A stretch of 63,706 bases of DNA, filler included, from Sphacelaria rigidula (lineage: Eukaryota), in NCBI GenBank assembly GCA_964200075.2. It is 8 parts of 8 records of this genome, joined end to end, with 100 filler letters (N's around TTAATTAATTAA, not from the genome) between each part and the next. Parts side by side here need not be neighbours in the genome. Positions count along the whole stretch, not along the records: positions 23,929 to 31,804 come from CAXNAA020013138.1; positions 31,905 to 39,780 come from CAXNAA020013139.1; 6 more parts are not named here. One strand, written 5' to 3'. Shown here piece after piece: positions 25,008 through 37,262 of the stretch (within the stretch, counting starts at the first letter, position 1; every line of letters starts with the position of its first letter). Position numbers and translations under genes: made by a program. The notes below the pieces were generated by a model. It was not told where the DNA came from and searched no databases. It was given only the letters and a program-made list of their open reading frames with translations.

Positions 25008-28000
25008 CAACTGGAATTCCTGGCTCCAGAGCCCCAACTGTCGTTCTTGAAGATACTTCCAAGCGTGGTACATCTCAGCCCCGCGGCCGGGGCGCGAATA
25101 GAGGTACAGTTTTGTCCCCCTGGCACCCGCTCGCCGGAAACGTCAGCGGTCACTGGTGATCTAACGGCGGCGGCTACGGTCAACCACGACCCCGACACCG
25201 CAGGCGGGTTAGGAGCACCCACATCCTCTGACGGCGCCGTCGTGGGTAACGCCAAATCTACGAAGAGTATACAAGAGGATGTGGTTGCCGCGGGGGAGAG
25301 ATGTATCGCAAAGGCCGCACCGGACAGCGGACTTATGCTTGACGGCGACGAGGGTAGTATTGTCGATGTACCGCTTTTCGTCGGGGAGGTACAAGAATCC
25401 AGAGCGCAAGATAGTAATCTAGGTGCAAGCGCCGCAGGGGTAGCGGGTGTGGACACGGATATGCTGGGTAGTAGGAGCGGGACGTGTGGAGGGAGTGACG
25501 TCGAACCTTGGAGTCGGCACGGGAAATGGAAAGTTCCATGCTTCGTGAAGCCAGTAGAGGGGCGTAACCAGTTGCCCCCGCTCGCCCTCGAGGTGAGAGG
25601 CCATGTAGACAGTTTGGGTTATTATATAATTGTTTCAAGGTGGCTACTTGAACCCAAAACTGCGCAGTCGTGCTAGGTGTTTTATACAGTGAGATGGTTA
25701 AAAGGTCCAACAGTGTTTACGTGCACCAATCGTCTTCAGTAGATATGTCTCAAACTCGAGGTTCCCGATATATTTGATTGTAAATTATTGTGAAGGACAC
25801 CCGGAATCCCGAGTTTGAGATACCTCCTGGTACACCTTGAACGAAGTGAGGGAGAGAGAGAGAATTCGATGCCGAGTTATTATTAGTGTTGGTGTTGGTG
25901 TTGACGTCGGGGTCGGTGTCGATGTCGGCGTCGGCGTCGGCGTCAGCGGTGGTGTCATCGCGCGCTGAACGTGTCGATCCTCTCTCATACCCTGCAGGTG
26001 ACAACGGTGACGGTTAAACGCTTCCTGTCGGTCGACAAGAGTCGTGTAGAGTTTGGACAGCTGGCCGTCGGCAGCAAGGCCGTGGTAAGCTGTGTGAAAG
26101 TAACCTGAAGACCTGCTACATGACGGCGGAGTTTTGGTGCTGCCCTCGTCGCCCTGAAGCATTTGTTTGACACACTTTCAACCGCTCCCCTGCTTCGGGA
26201 CGAATCCGTGGTCTCGATGGATCAACCCGCCTCTCCGCCGGTACACGCCTCGGCACGCTGGTATCGCCGATGCGATCAGCACTCTCGCAATATTGATTAT
26301 TTTGGTCACTAGCGGCGTTTCCACCGTTTCAAAGACGAGAACCATACCCTTTCCAGGAGATATACCCAAATTCAATTGCCGGGAATCGAACGTACACTTT
26401 TCCCATCTGACTAATTTCATTTGTATCATTAGTCCACCGGGGCCCGGCGACTAGAATTTCACGGTCGAAACTCTGAATCACATGCGCAAGGGATCAAAGA
26501 TTTCATCGCTGCAGATAACTTGCATGCAGTTCACGGCTTTTTATACGACGAGGAATAATCTTCGGCGTTTGAATCGTTTGTCCCGCCCCGGTTTCCCCCG
26601 TCATACACCACCATCGCCCTCACACCTTTGCTCCATCTCTCAACAAGATTACGCTAAGGGTGCGAAACATGGGCGACGATGACGTGCCAGTGGAGGGAAC
26701 GGGTCTGAACACCGTCGGTCCATTCGAGGTGTGTGTGAAGAACGGTAACTTGCTGCCAAACGTCGAAACAGCGCATTGTCAGGTGTAGTGCCTTTGGGAT
26801 CCCTCAGAATGTTCGGTACAATATATTAGCGATATCCGTTGCTGACCTATTCCGAGCCGTCGGTGTGGGTGCAGATGCGGAGTGTACTGCGAGATTGTGA
26901 TCGATCGGCTCTTCCTCGCGGCTGCGTATAGAACATTCCCACCACGCTATTGAATCGCCCTGAGAAGGGCTGTAGGTCTCCTGAATTGTTGCGACCGATG
27001 CGCTGACTCTCAAGAGCACTACGGTACGTTCTTCGCTGGCACAGATTCTTTTCCCCTGTTTTCTAGCCCTGCTGGCCCTATCGGACGCCCTCTGCATCTG
27101 AATGCTGTGTTTTTCACTCTTCTCAGAAAATTGTTGCTTTTTGCCGCTCGTCCCCGAAGGTGGTCAACGCCTTCCGTCCACTGCGCGCGCGAGGAGGGAC
27201 ACACCGATGCCTCCTTCAGTTTCGCCCCGAAAGGGCCGGTATTGTCTCGGAAATCCTCGTCTTGAGCAGGTGCGGGGGAAAGTATACTCGAACTTGCATT
27301 CAGGTTTGCGTGACTGCCTTGCCCTGGAAGCCGGGGGGAAGGGGAACACGCGATGATGAAAATCACAAGCGGAGACGAACGCCACGCTTTTTTCGATGCC
27401 CGCTCCGATTATCAGGGATTGAATGAACGTGCCGATAATTTGTTCTCAACTCCTGTTAATATCGTCTGTATTATTTTACTCAACCACTTCGTTTCAACGT
27501 CCAAATGTGACCAACCTGTTTGTCAGACGGGCGAAACTATCTGCCGAAAGTGCCAATTTCCGAAGTATGTTTCTGGGCTACTTGATCGACACAGTGTAAA
27601 AAAACGGCCAATTATTTGTTCACCGCAGTACACGACGTTTAGGTGTTGATAGTTCCACCGAGCTGGGATATGTCATAACAGTCGTATCGCACGAGATTCA
27701 TCACCCAGCGAAACGCCATTCCATGCGTGATAGTGAAGGAGGAGTATTCAGAAACTTTCAACCATTGTCTATTTGATACTTCAGCATCCCCAACTCGCAC
27801 CTGTCTACGCTTCCGCAACCACTGACGCGCCGCAACGTACACCTTTCCCGGCTCCGGCTGCGCTATACCATCTGCTTAAACGTCGGCGCAGCCCGCTTAT
27901 TGGAAAGTCCATCCGTATTCCTGTCCGAGGCGAAGGGGTGAGCCCTGTGCTAAGGATGGAACCAGCAGATGGGCGTTTGGAGATGGGACACGTCCTCGAG

Positions 28001-31000
28001 GGGGATATCGTGGAGAGGTTCGTTTAAGGCCGCGACACCCCGAAGTCTCGATTTCAGTATGAGTATTCTACAGCAACGAATTTCGCCGCTGAGCTTGGTA
28101 CATGGAGACTATTATGTAGGTCCTATCATGGTATGCACCATGTTGCCTTGGATTCGGTTCTTCGGACTAGCCCCGGTTCATACGAAAGGGAGTTTTCTCT
28201 GTTGTCGTATTTTTTGTTCGATCTTTGGATATCCCCTTCCAAGTTAGAAACGAACCCGATCTTCCTTCCCAACAAAAGTCAGTCATTTTCTGTTGCTGCT
28301 ATCCATACAATCTGTCAAACGGAACCTCGACCCGTCACTGCTGAGACCAGGGTGAAAATTCACACAGATATAAGAGGATCTGTTGCAACCGTGTGGAAGG
28401 GACCTCAAAGTCCGTTCTCGACACGATTCGTCATACCGTAAACATCGTGAAAAACATGTTTCGGGACAATGTGTGCGATATGCCCGAAGTAATGTGTCCG
28501 TTGTACGGTGTTACTGATACCGGAAATGTCTCGCAATTTGCAAGAACCCCTCATGGAAGTCGCTGCCACCGTCCCCTGCTTTCCAAATCGCTTTCGTTTT
28601 CGTCCCACGACTGACACCATCGCTGATTCTTTCAGAACGGTCACACTCCACAACGACAGCATATTTCCCCTTCAGTACACCACGGCATCCTGGGGGCCCG
28701 CCCCCACGGACAACTACAACCACATGAAGGTGACGTTTTAGCAGGACAGTTACCATTCAAATCCGTACAGTACACGCTCTCCCGCTCTGGATCGGGACAC
28801 AGCTGAGGGCGATTCAAAGTTCATCGCGTGGAGAGGTGTCAGATATTTTGTGTCAAGAGTCGATTGATCAATAAATCGATACACGATTCCTGTGGGTTTC
28901 ACTATTGCGCCGAGGTTTGGGAGTCATTTTCGCCACCGGTAGCCTCAGAATTCTCATAATTCAACAACATCAGATCTTCTCATATTGTTGTCGACGTCTC
29001 GTTTCAGTCGTTACTCCCCCTGCGCGTTCCAATTATATTCTACCAGGCAAGCATGTACCCATCGCCCTTGATCCCACTGCAGTCCCCTGGCTTTCCGTGC
29101 CGGTTTCCCGTTTGGTGAACTTCGTAGACTACTAGTGCGTGTACTTGCTGACCAGTGTGTTCAAGTATCACGCTGCTTGACGTCACAACGATGACGGGAA
29201 TACGTTCTGATCGTATTTCCCTATGTGCATGAGCAGAATTTCGCGCTGGTACCTTGTGAAGGCGGAGTACCCGCAGGAGAAAGTGTCACCGTGAAGGCCA
29301 CGTTCGGTCCGGATCATGGCCGCCTCTGGCCGTTCTTGGCGGCCTATCGAATAGAAGCTCGAGATCAGGTATGACTGTGTATCGCACATATGTCACAGAG
29401 TGACAAACTAGCTGCTTTACGAACTTGCAGTTGCACTTTGGTGTGTGGGTAAAGTTCTGAAATTTCTGCAGAAGCGAGTTCCACGCGAGAATCATCGCTC
29501 ACCCTATACTACTCGTGCGCGTGGGAAAATAAATGAAAAAACCGACTCCGGTGGTATCTTTCCAGCAGGTGATGCGCTGTAGGCCAAAGGGGCGAGAGAT
29601 TTCCCATGACCACAAGAATACTTGAATAAGATGCCTTGTATGTCGGTAGCCGTACGCTTTTGTTGGCTCGCGACCGTTCGCATGAGGCACCTCCTCACAG
29701 ATATCCCTGGGGAGCAGACGCAGGGCACATCCGTTACTCCCACCTCCACTGTCCACATCTTGTCGTTGAATTCGGTTTTCTCCGAGCCCAGCCCGACGGC
29801 GGACATGTTCTACGAGTCCGTGGCCGATGCGTTTCGCGGCAGCTCTACGTTGAGAGCGCGTGGCCAGGTCTGAACCCTGGTGATCAAGTGCCTGCGGCTA
29901 CTGAAGATGCTCTAACGCCGCATCCACGTGATCACACGACCGCAACTCCCGCACGGAACACCATGGGATTGCAGGTACAGTACGTGGGTGACAATTACCC
30001 GGAGAAACTTGCGTCCAAAACAGAAGACATAGCGATGAAATACGGGGTGATTGATCATGGTCTGACAAGAAGAGGCGATTCTTCACCCTCCCGCATTTGC
30101 TTCCCAGTTGACTATTAACGTCAGCAAGGCGTGGTACCTATACTATCCCCGAAAACAAGCGACCGCGTTCAAGGCAGACGGCGCAGGGCGAAACACACAC
30201 TGAAACCCTCTGCGCAGACGTCAGCGGTGTATCGGAGTACGCTGTAAACAAAACATGTCGCACACACACGCATGCATCCGCGCGTGGTCCCATCCGCCGT
30301 GCCCCGCGGCTGATCTCCCTACAGGCAACGACGACACCGATATTGCCAATCTTGCTTCGGTTTCCCAAAGACTCAGAAGATGCTGACCCCGTGGGTGGTG
30401 GGAGTGGTGCTGCTGAGGCTGGCGATAAGTCGGCGCCACCATTGCCTGCGACCATGACCCTGGTGGTAGGCTCTGTGAATACCAACGACCCAAAGAAGGC
30501 CAGCGCGGGATCCTTCGAGGTGACAATAGCCATACCTGTTGGTCATCTTCCCAAATGTTGCATTCATTACGTGTTTCACCTGGGTTATCGTACGTACTAC
30601 CGCTTTCAGTTCAGGTGTCGCCGTTTATTGGAGATGCCAGAGAACTGAATATTGATACGTCGATGTGCTTAGTTGTTTTTTCCGCCTCTGTTAATGGCAA
30701 CCAAGTGGCGCCAGTCTCTTGAAACCACGACAACCCACCCATCGCATACCTCTAATCACGTATACTCACGGATAGCGTCCTCTCCCGTACACCCCCCGCC
30801 ACCACCGTCTTAAAAGGGATGCGTGGTCAATGGTCAAACGACTAAGGTAAGCAACAATCTACCCCTCACAACAATGACGCACAATAACAACGACGGCTAT
30901 ACCACCTACCGCCCCATTGGAACCATCGCTCTGTGTTGAAGGTGGAGCTTAGCGCTGAGGCAAAGGAAGCAGGGTACTTCAGGATCACCCCTGATAAGGG

Positions 31001-31645
31001 AATCGTGGCACCTGGGGCGAAGGTAGAGGTCACGTGTGCTTTCGAGCCACCCCCACTCCCGCCACGGACTCCCGGGCCGGCTGGGGGAAAGAGAGGAGCA
31101 CAAGAGGTGAGTGAGGGTCAACCATTGTGGCACGTTGAAGGTTACCCATGAGCTCGTTGTGATTGAGCGATGATGCCGCAGTCCAACTTTAGGTTCGAGG
31201 TCTAGGCCAAGTTCTGGAGATAGACAAGAAGGGTTTGAAATAGAAGTACGAGTTTTTATTTTAATGGCAACGTCCATTCGTCGCTCTGACGGTAAATGTG
31301 AAGGGGCGATCAACTTTCGTCACAACTTGTCGCGATCTAGACTGAAGCGCGCCATGTCGAGTGATCGACCCGGAATACTGGTATTGAACATAACTTGCAG
31401 CTATCATCAATGTACAAGCCATTCGTGTGTTAAAATAGTACTAATACATGCTACTAGTGTGGAGTTTGAATATGCAAGTCAACATATGTCTACGCATGAT
31501 ATGTGACACGGTGCTTGTGCATTGTCAGGTCGGACAGTGGTACAGGACAGCGGCAATGATCCATCTTCGAGGCGGATATAGACCCTTAGGCTCCAGCGAG
31601 GTCCATACCGTTCAAGTGCAGCTCGAAGGATTCGTCACTGCATGA
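25008..31645 (+). CDS. CFAP74: Cilia- and flagella-associated protein 74, 3' part; exons 25008-25592, 25998-26084, 26648-26728, 27160-27269, 27892-28017, 28636-28729, 29237-29368, 29792-29974, 30325-30519, 30942-31106, 31529-31645
   Basis: Eleven phase-consistent GT-AG exons encoding ASH/Ig-like repeats: VEFGQLAVG, LRVRNMG..GLNTVGPFEVVN, VRGEGVSP, LEMGHVLEG, TLHNDSIFP, FALVPCEG..VTVKATFGPDH, FRITPDKGIVAPG, IHLRGGY...LEGFVTA*. The motif order matches the CFAP74 C-terminus as recalled (FGDIAVG, LNPNGPF, LNMGYV, LQNNS, TFSPDH). Confidence 0.8.
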
Positions 31646-32821
31646 AACGTCATGATATTCTCAGTTTGTAGTTGCTGAAGGTGGCCAACTGGGTTTTCCA
31701 AGTACTTTTTCGGGAGTTGCTGCTCACACGATGTATGCCGCGGTGTGTACACATGATCTCTCATGCCATAGTCATAAGACCATCGACCTCGCATCTATAC
31801 GAAGNNNNNNNNNNNNNNNNNNNNNNNNNNNNNNNNNNNNNNNNNNNNTTAATTAATTAANNNNNNNNNNNNNNNNNNNNNNNNNNNNNNNNNNNNNNNN
31901 NNNNCTTGCCTTAACTGTAGATGAAGTATCGAGCCCCCCCCCCCCCCCCCCCCCCCCCGCTTTCCCCCCCCCCCCCCCCCCCTCCCAGGAACGGCCATAC
32001 CACGTCGATAGTACCACATGCCCCCCCCCCCGCCCTCCCCCATCAATGTAAGAAGCGATATGCCCGATTCGGTGTTTTGCCCCATCCTGCGATGCCGCAG
32101 TACCGCGTGGAGTGCCCCGAAAGACCGGTGTTGGTTCGGAACGACTAAATCCAATTGCAAGCAAAATATAGTCTGGAAGAAGACGCAAGGTCATATTGTA
32201 CAAAGCGTACTGCCGGAGGATGAGCGCTGTCGCCCGGGTGTCGAGGTTTCACCGAAAAAAAACCAGGTCGAAGCCATCCCGTCCAGTTCTTCGGCAACAG
32301 GCCCGCCTCCTCTACGGAGGACAGCGTTACCGCCATCGCTCCGTTAGTTTCCCGCCACTACAGTACGGAATTGAGGCAACTACACACCATCGCTGCTGCC
32401 AATGGCCAACCTTTTTTGGGTGCAGGCCCATCATTTGGCCGTGGTGTGATCATGCAGTCTTGACAGAGACACCCGGGCTGTATCAGACCGTGTTCCTCTG
32501 CCCTCGGCGCTAAATCGCCCGCATAACAATTGCTGCAGTGGTAGGTGCGCTGCAGAACCTTGCTACTCGACAGGATACACGTCGAGGCAGACTACTGTAC
32601 ATTTCAGCTGAGGTCTTCTCCAAACTGGTACGTGTACGCTGCAGCAACTCAACAAATCCAACAGCAGCAGCAGGAATGCCGCGCGCGCGCGCGCGTGTAT
32701 GTGTGTGTGCTTGTTCCTGCTGAGAAGCAACACAATTCGTCCGGGACTGTCACAAACAGAGGTGACGAACAGCTCAAGGGCATGGTTTCCCTCATCAGGC
32801 TCATGTGCGAAAACAAGTATT

Positions 32822-34008
32822 AACGGACATGTACACGGAACGAGGATACCTCCGCGGAGCGGATTATTATGGCGCGGTTTGTCAAATCGCACCGCTCCGT
32901 AACACCACGGGAATCCGCTCTACTCCGTGAAATGACAAAAAGTGTGGACATCTGCTCCGCTCCGCTCCGTACGAATTTCAGCTGCGCGGTTGGAACTGTG
33001 GAAATCGTTTTTTTCTATGCAGCAGTTCTATCAACTCCGTAGTTCATCCGTGAGTTCTCCGTAGCATACTTACGGATCAAACCGCTGAAAAGCAACGGAT
33101 TTTCACGCACAACATTGTTCCGCATTGCGGTATACTCTTACTTTGAACTATGGACAAATATTGTTCGGGGTGAACAACTCGCCGATACGGTTATGAAATT
33201 TTGCTGTAAATCACGCAAACCGGAAAGGAAGCAGTGATCGAACCCGCTGATCGACGGGCGCGAAGAGGATTGTGGGTTGTGGGCGACCGGGCGTGACGTT
33301 TTCAGCTTCCACGTTTCAGGAGTGATGGAACAAGGGAAAATAGGACGTTGCGCAGCCATAGAAGCCGAGGGTGGAAGCGAGTACTGTCGTGTTCGCGCTA
33401 CAGAAGCCCCCGTCTCGCGAAAAACAACATGAGTACAATACCATGGTACATAATATATATGAACAGGTGGTTGTTCTTTACTGTTAAGTTGTCTTCACGA
33501 TGAACGTTGTGAAGTTTGTCACTAGTGCTGTTGACATCATTTTTGAGGAATGAACGCATTCCATGCCTTTCGTGTGGTGGAGAGCCATGGTCCTGGGTGA
33601 GGTGCTGCTGCTGTTGCGTGTCTGCTGCCCCTCCCTCCGTCACCCTGTGCTGTAGCAGGGTGATATTCAAATATTCAATATTTGATATTCTCATGTAATG
33701 TATTATTTTTTTTCTCGAGGGACGCGACGTTTTATGTGCACTGTTTCATCCGCCGTTCCCCCTGTCGACCATCTGAAAACCCCAGCCGGTACAGCGACTC
33801 CTTCCGTACTTCTTGGTATTCATACGTGAATATCCATACAATCCTTGGGGATAACGGTTTTCGTGGCGTCGCTCTTCTTATTCATTTATTTATTTCCTTT
33901 ATTTTGGTAATGTGTCTGGTAAGGAATAATAGGGACGGTATTGGAAAGGCGAGCCTACGTCTGTGACCACGGGTTCGCGAGATCAGACTAATGTGCGGAA
34001 ATAATAAC

Positions 34009-34080
<72 letters not shown>

Positions 34081-34373
34081 CGTATCGTTTTCACGGGTTA
34101 TTGCTACAGTGCACCGTGGGGAAATGCCGCGGTTTGTGCGTTCTGTTCCACGGGTAGGGGAAAAGTGCGCCATGAAAAAATCCGCACGGCGAACGTCCGC
34201 TCCGCTCTGTACCATATTTAAAAAGTCCACCCCGTTACGTGACATAATCAAGGGCGGGTATCCGGTCCGTCACAATCCGTAACTCTTCCCACATTTGGAT
34301 ATCGGCTCCACTCCGTAAGGTAGATAAAAAAAATCCGCACCGCGGAGCGATTTGTCCTCGGTACATATCCCTG
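32822..34373. mobile_element. Possible degenerate non-autonomous hAT-like element with TCCG-rich subterminal motifs
   Basis: Imperfect inverted ends (..atgtac..ctccgcggagcggatt versus aatccgcaccgcggagcg..gtacatatccctg) and many ctccgt/ctccgc motifs at both ends. No TSD. Confidence 0.35.
33900..34080 (+). mobile_element. 5'-truncated non-LTR retroposon 3' end with an (AAT)n tail
   Basis: gagcctacgtctgtgaccacgggttcgcgagatcagactaatgtgcggaaa followed by a long AAT run (34001-34080). The same ~50 nt plus an AAT tail occurs inverted at 58469-58543. Confidence 0.65.
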
Positions 34374-35297
34374 GAGAACAATATTTTATCCACCTACAGC
34401 GTCAGACAAGACGCAACGAGGGAATATAACGTTGACACACCGAGCCCCGAAAAACCATGCGCAGACACTCACCACTCACGCGCATCAGCCCTTTTGGCAC
34501 CAGACAGTGAAGGGGTGGAAGCCCTGGTCTGCACGCAGGGTCGATTTGTGAATCGGCATCATTTTCGGTCGTTCCCAAGTGAAAATGATGCCGATTCACG
34601 ATTCACAGTAGGCCCTTACTCTCATCTAGTTCGTTCCCACGAGGGTCGGCTTCAACGTTCATCATCTACACACCGCAGTCTTTGTCTGACATAAATCCGT
34701 CGACAAGTCGATGAGAGGCGGCGGCGTGCGTGTCGAATTTCAATCGAAAACGTGCTGATTGTGTGTGTGCTGTGGGCGCGTCTCATGCAAATCATACTGT
34801 CTCACTGCATTTTGAACCGATTTGAGCGAGGTTGCGCACAACTGCTCAGCCGATGAGCAACTATGGATTGGGCAGTCTCTTTTTGGTTTGCGGGGGCAAC
34901 GCCACCCTCAGGTTCATATTTAACAGTGTTAAGCTGTCTGTCACGTTTTGGTTGTGCCCTTGTCAACGGGTCATTTCATGTTCCCTTCGAGTTGTCACAA
35001 AATCACTTTTTCACCTTTTTTTTTACGGGGGGGGGTCGCAGCGAACAATCATCGGTCGTTTGTTTCCAAAGCTGTTTCTTCAAGTGAAAACAGCAGTACG
35101 ACAGCACAGACAGTACAAGTACTACAGTACTGTGCATCCTTGATGTATCACTTCCGAGAAGAACCGGCTGCAGTCCATCTGGATTATACATAGCTTTTCC
35201 GAGTGAACCTGATGCCGATTCAACAGATGACCTACTCTCGCTCTTCAGGGGTTGAAAAGCAGGGCATGGTACCGCAGACTGGCTGGCTGCAGACTAC

Positions 35298-36149
35298 CTC
35301 AAACAGTACTACAGATTGGTGGACGAAGTGTTGGGAGTGTCCATCACGAGATCTATTGATCGACAGCAGCCGCAGGAGGCATGAATGAACGAAAATCTAC
35401 GGTGCAAACGTCTGCTTTGTGTTGCCACTTCAGTTCAACATCACAACCCATCCCCTGCACTCGTGGGCGGTCTACAAAATTGTAAAGGCGATTTGATGCA
35501 AAACCATCTGTCATCCCAAGGTCACCCTTCTCTCACCTGAACACCAACTGGCACTGACAGCGAAACCGCTCTGCGTCCGGGATGATCAATATGCTGGAGA
35601 TTTAAAAGAACGGAAGAACCGGGTGACGCAATATGGCGATTAGACAGTATCGTTCACCTACTCGATAAACTTGTTCGCCCATAATTCTGAATTGATTGGA
35701 GTAGAAATGACCGTGCCTGCACTTGATCAGCACAGCTCACAGACAGGGGTGATTGGTAACCAACATGTACATGTATCCATAGGGAATCGTGCTGACGCAA
35801 AGGGACCCTATGGTCCAGTACTACTTCCGGGGGAATGGAAAATCTGTTCTGGTTGATGGGGGTAGGGTAGCCTCGTAACACGTTCGACTCAATAGAAAGT
35901 AGTAAAGGGACTGGGTAGTTGGGGCAACGAGCGCTTTGAGCATGCGGTGCATCCCCCTCAATACCCCCTGTAACCATGATCGAACAGCATGACTACACTG
36001 CGAACATAGCTTTCCTTCCCTGTCTGCTGCACTACTTGCCTTCTACATCTCGGGCAGTTGAGATGCCTGACCGCTGTGTCGCCTTCGCCTTCGGTGTTTG
36101 ACTTGGGATCGAGGGATGGCCCCAACTTTCGGAGCAGTCGACGAAACAT
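35298..36149 (-). CDS. Hypothetical protein, putative 5' exons 36149-36040 (GC donor), 35843-35658, 35593-35537, 35352-35298
   Basis: Four segments join in phase without stops (MFRRLLRKLG...CPRCR/RFSIPPEVV...WIHVHVGY.../SILIIPDAERFRCQCQLVF/RSRDGHSQHFVHQSVVLFE) with plausible acceptors. No recognisable homology. Confidence 0.35.
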
Positions 36150-36702
36150 GACACCGGCCAGTGAAGTAGTCTGGTGCAACAGTAAGCTCGTCCCCTTCAC
36201 CTCCCAAGTGTCTCCCGTCCACCGTGGAGTACTTCTGCATCTACTGTTGTTTTCTCTGAGTTTGGTGCCGGTAATATGACAAAAATTTAGCCCATCTGGC
36301 ACTTTCGACGAAGTACAATTTGTTCCGAGAATCTCACGATGTCTCTACGCAACAGCTTGCACAGGTGAAGGGCAACTGCAACAGCAAGTGAACTGTAAAA
36401 TGATGAAAGAAATCGTCAAAATTATAATTCCGATAACTTCTCAGCATGCTACTGTTGTTTTGCAACAGACCAGCTGCTCGGCCTGATCTTGACAGTTCGA
36501 ACACACTAGACTAGACCAGTTACTCCCCCTGAATCTAAGTGATGATTGGCTTGTACGTTAGCCCTGTTGCGGCCGGTGCAAGGGCAAGAAATGGTGAAAT
36601 ATGCTCGGACATCACCCAACATGATATGGCGAAAACAACTATTGGACGCTACCAAAATTCCGGGATGGATGCAAGCTCAACATCTCCGGGTCCGGGGTGA
36701 AA

Positions 36703-36764
36703 AACCCTAAACCTAGCCCCAACCCTAACCCTGAAACCCTAAAAACCCTTTACCCTAACCTAGG
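36703..36764. repeat. Degenerate interstitial telomere-like (CCCTAA) tract
   Basis: aaccctaaacctagccccaaccctaaccctgaaaccctaaaaaccctttaccctaacctagg. Confidence 0.6.
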
Positions 36765-37262
36765 TGGTGTGAGAGAACCGAGGGGTCGGGTGGGAAAAAA
36801 ATGACACAAATAACAGGTGTTTTGTGTGTGCCTATAATCCGCTGTACTCTCTTTTTTCATCGGTATTTAGGTGTCATTGGTATTTAGATACGAAGGGTAC
36901 CCTTCGTTTACATGTTGTGATGAATGGGAAAAGTCAAATGATAAGGAGGCGTTCCCCAGGTATTGACATAGGGAAAGCGATGACTCGGGCAAAAAAGGCG
37001 ACATATTAATGGAGGAATGGAAGCCCATTTGTTACAATTATGAGTGATGAATGGTAGCGAGAGACAAGCATGTATCATTAAGCGCTTGCAATGCGGACTT
37101 ACAAAAGATTGGGTTGTCCTTGGGGGTTTGTCATATTTTCCCATGGGGTTAGCCCGTTGATTCAGATCCGGCGGTCATTCATTATACCCGACTGGTAGGA
37201 AATGACCTATAGTACACTCGGATCAAACACGACAGGGTGCCGTTTGACCCGCCGCATTGTGT

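Noticed and set aside
29701..29867. Alternative CFAP74 exon frame (DIPGEQTQG...RARGQ)
   Set aside because: The frame starting at 29792 (PDGGHVLRVRGRCVSRQLYV) fits both the splice phase and the CFAP74 motif order better.
33882..34251. Poly-N, poly-I and poly-L ORFs
   Set aside because: Translations of the (AAT)n tract.
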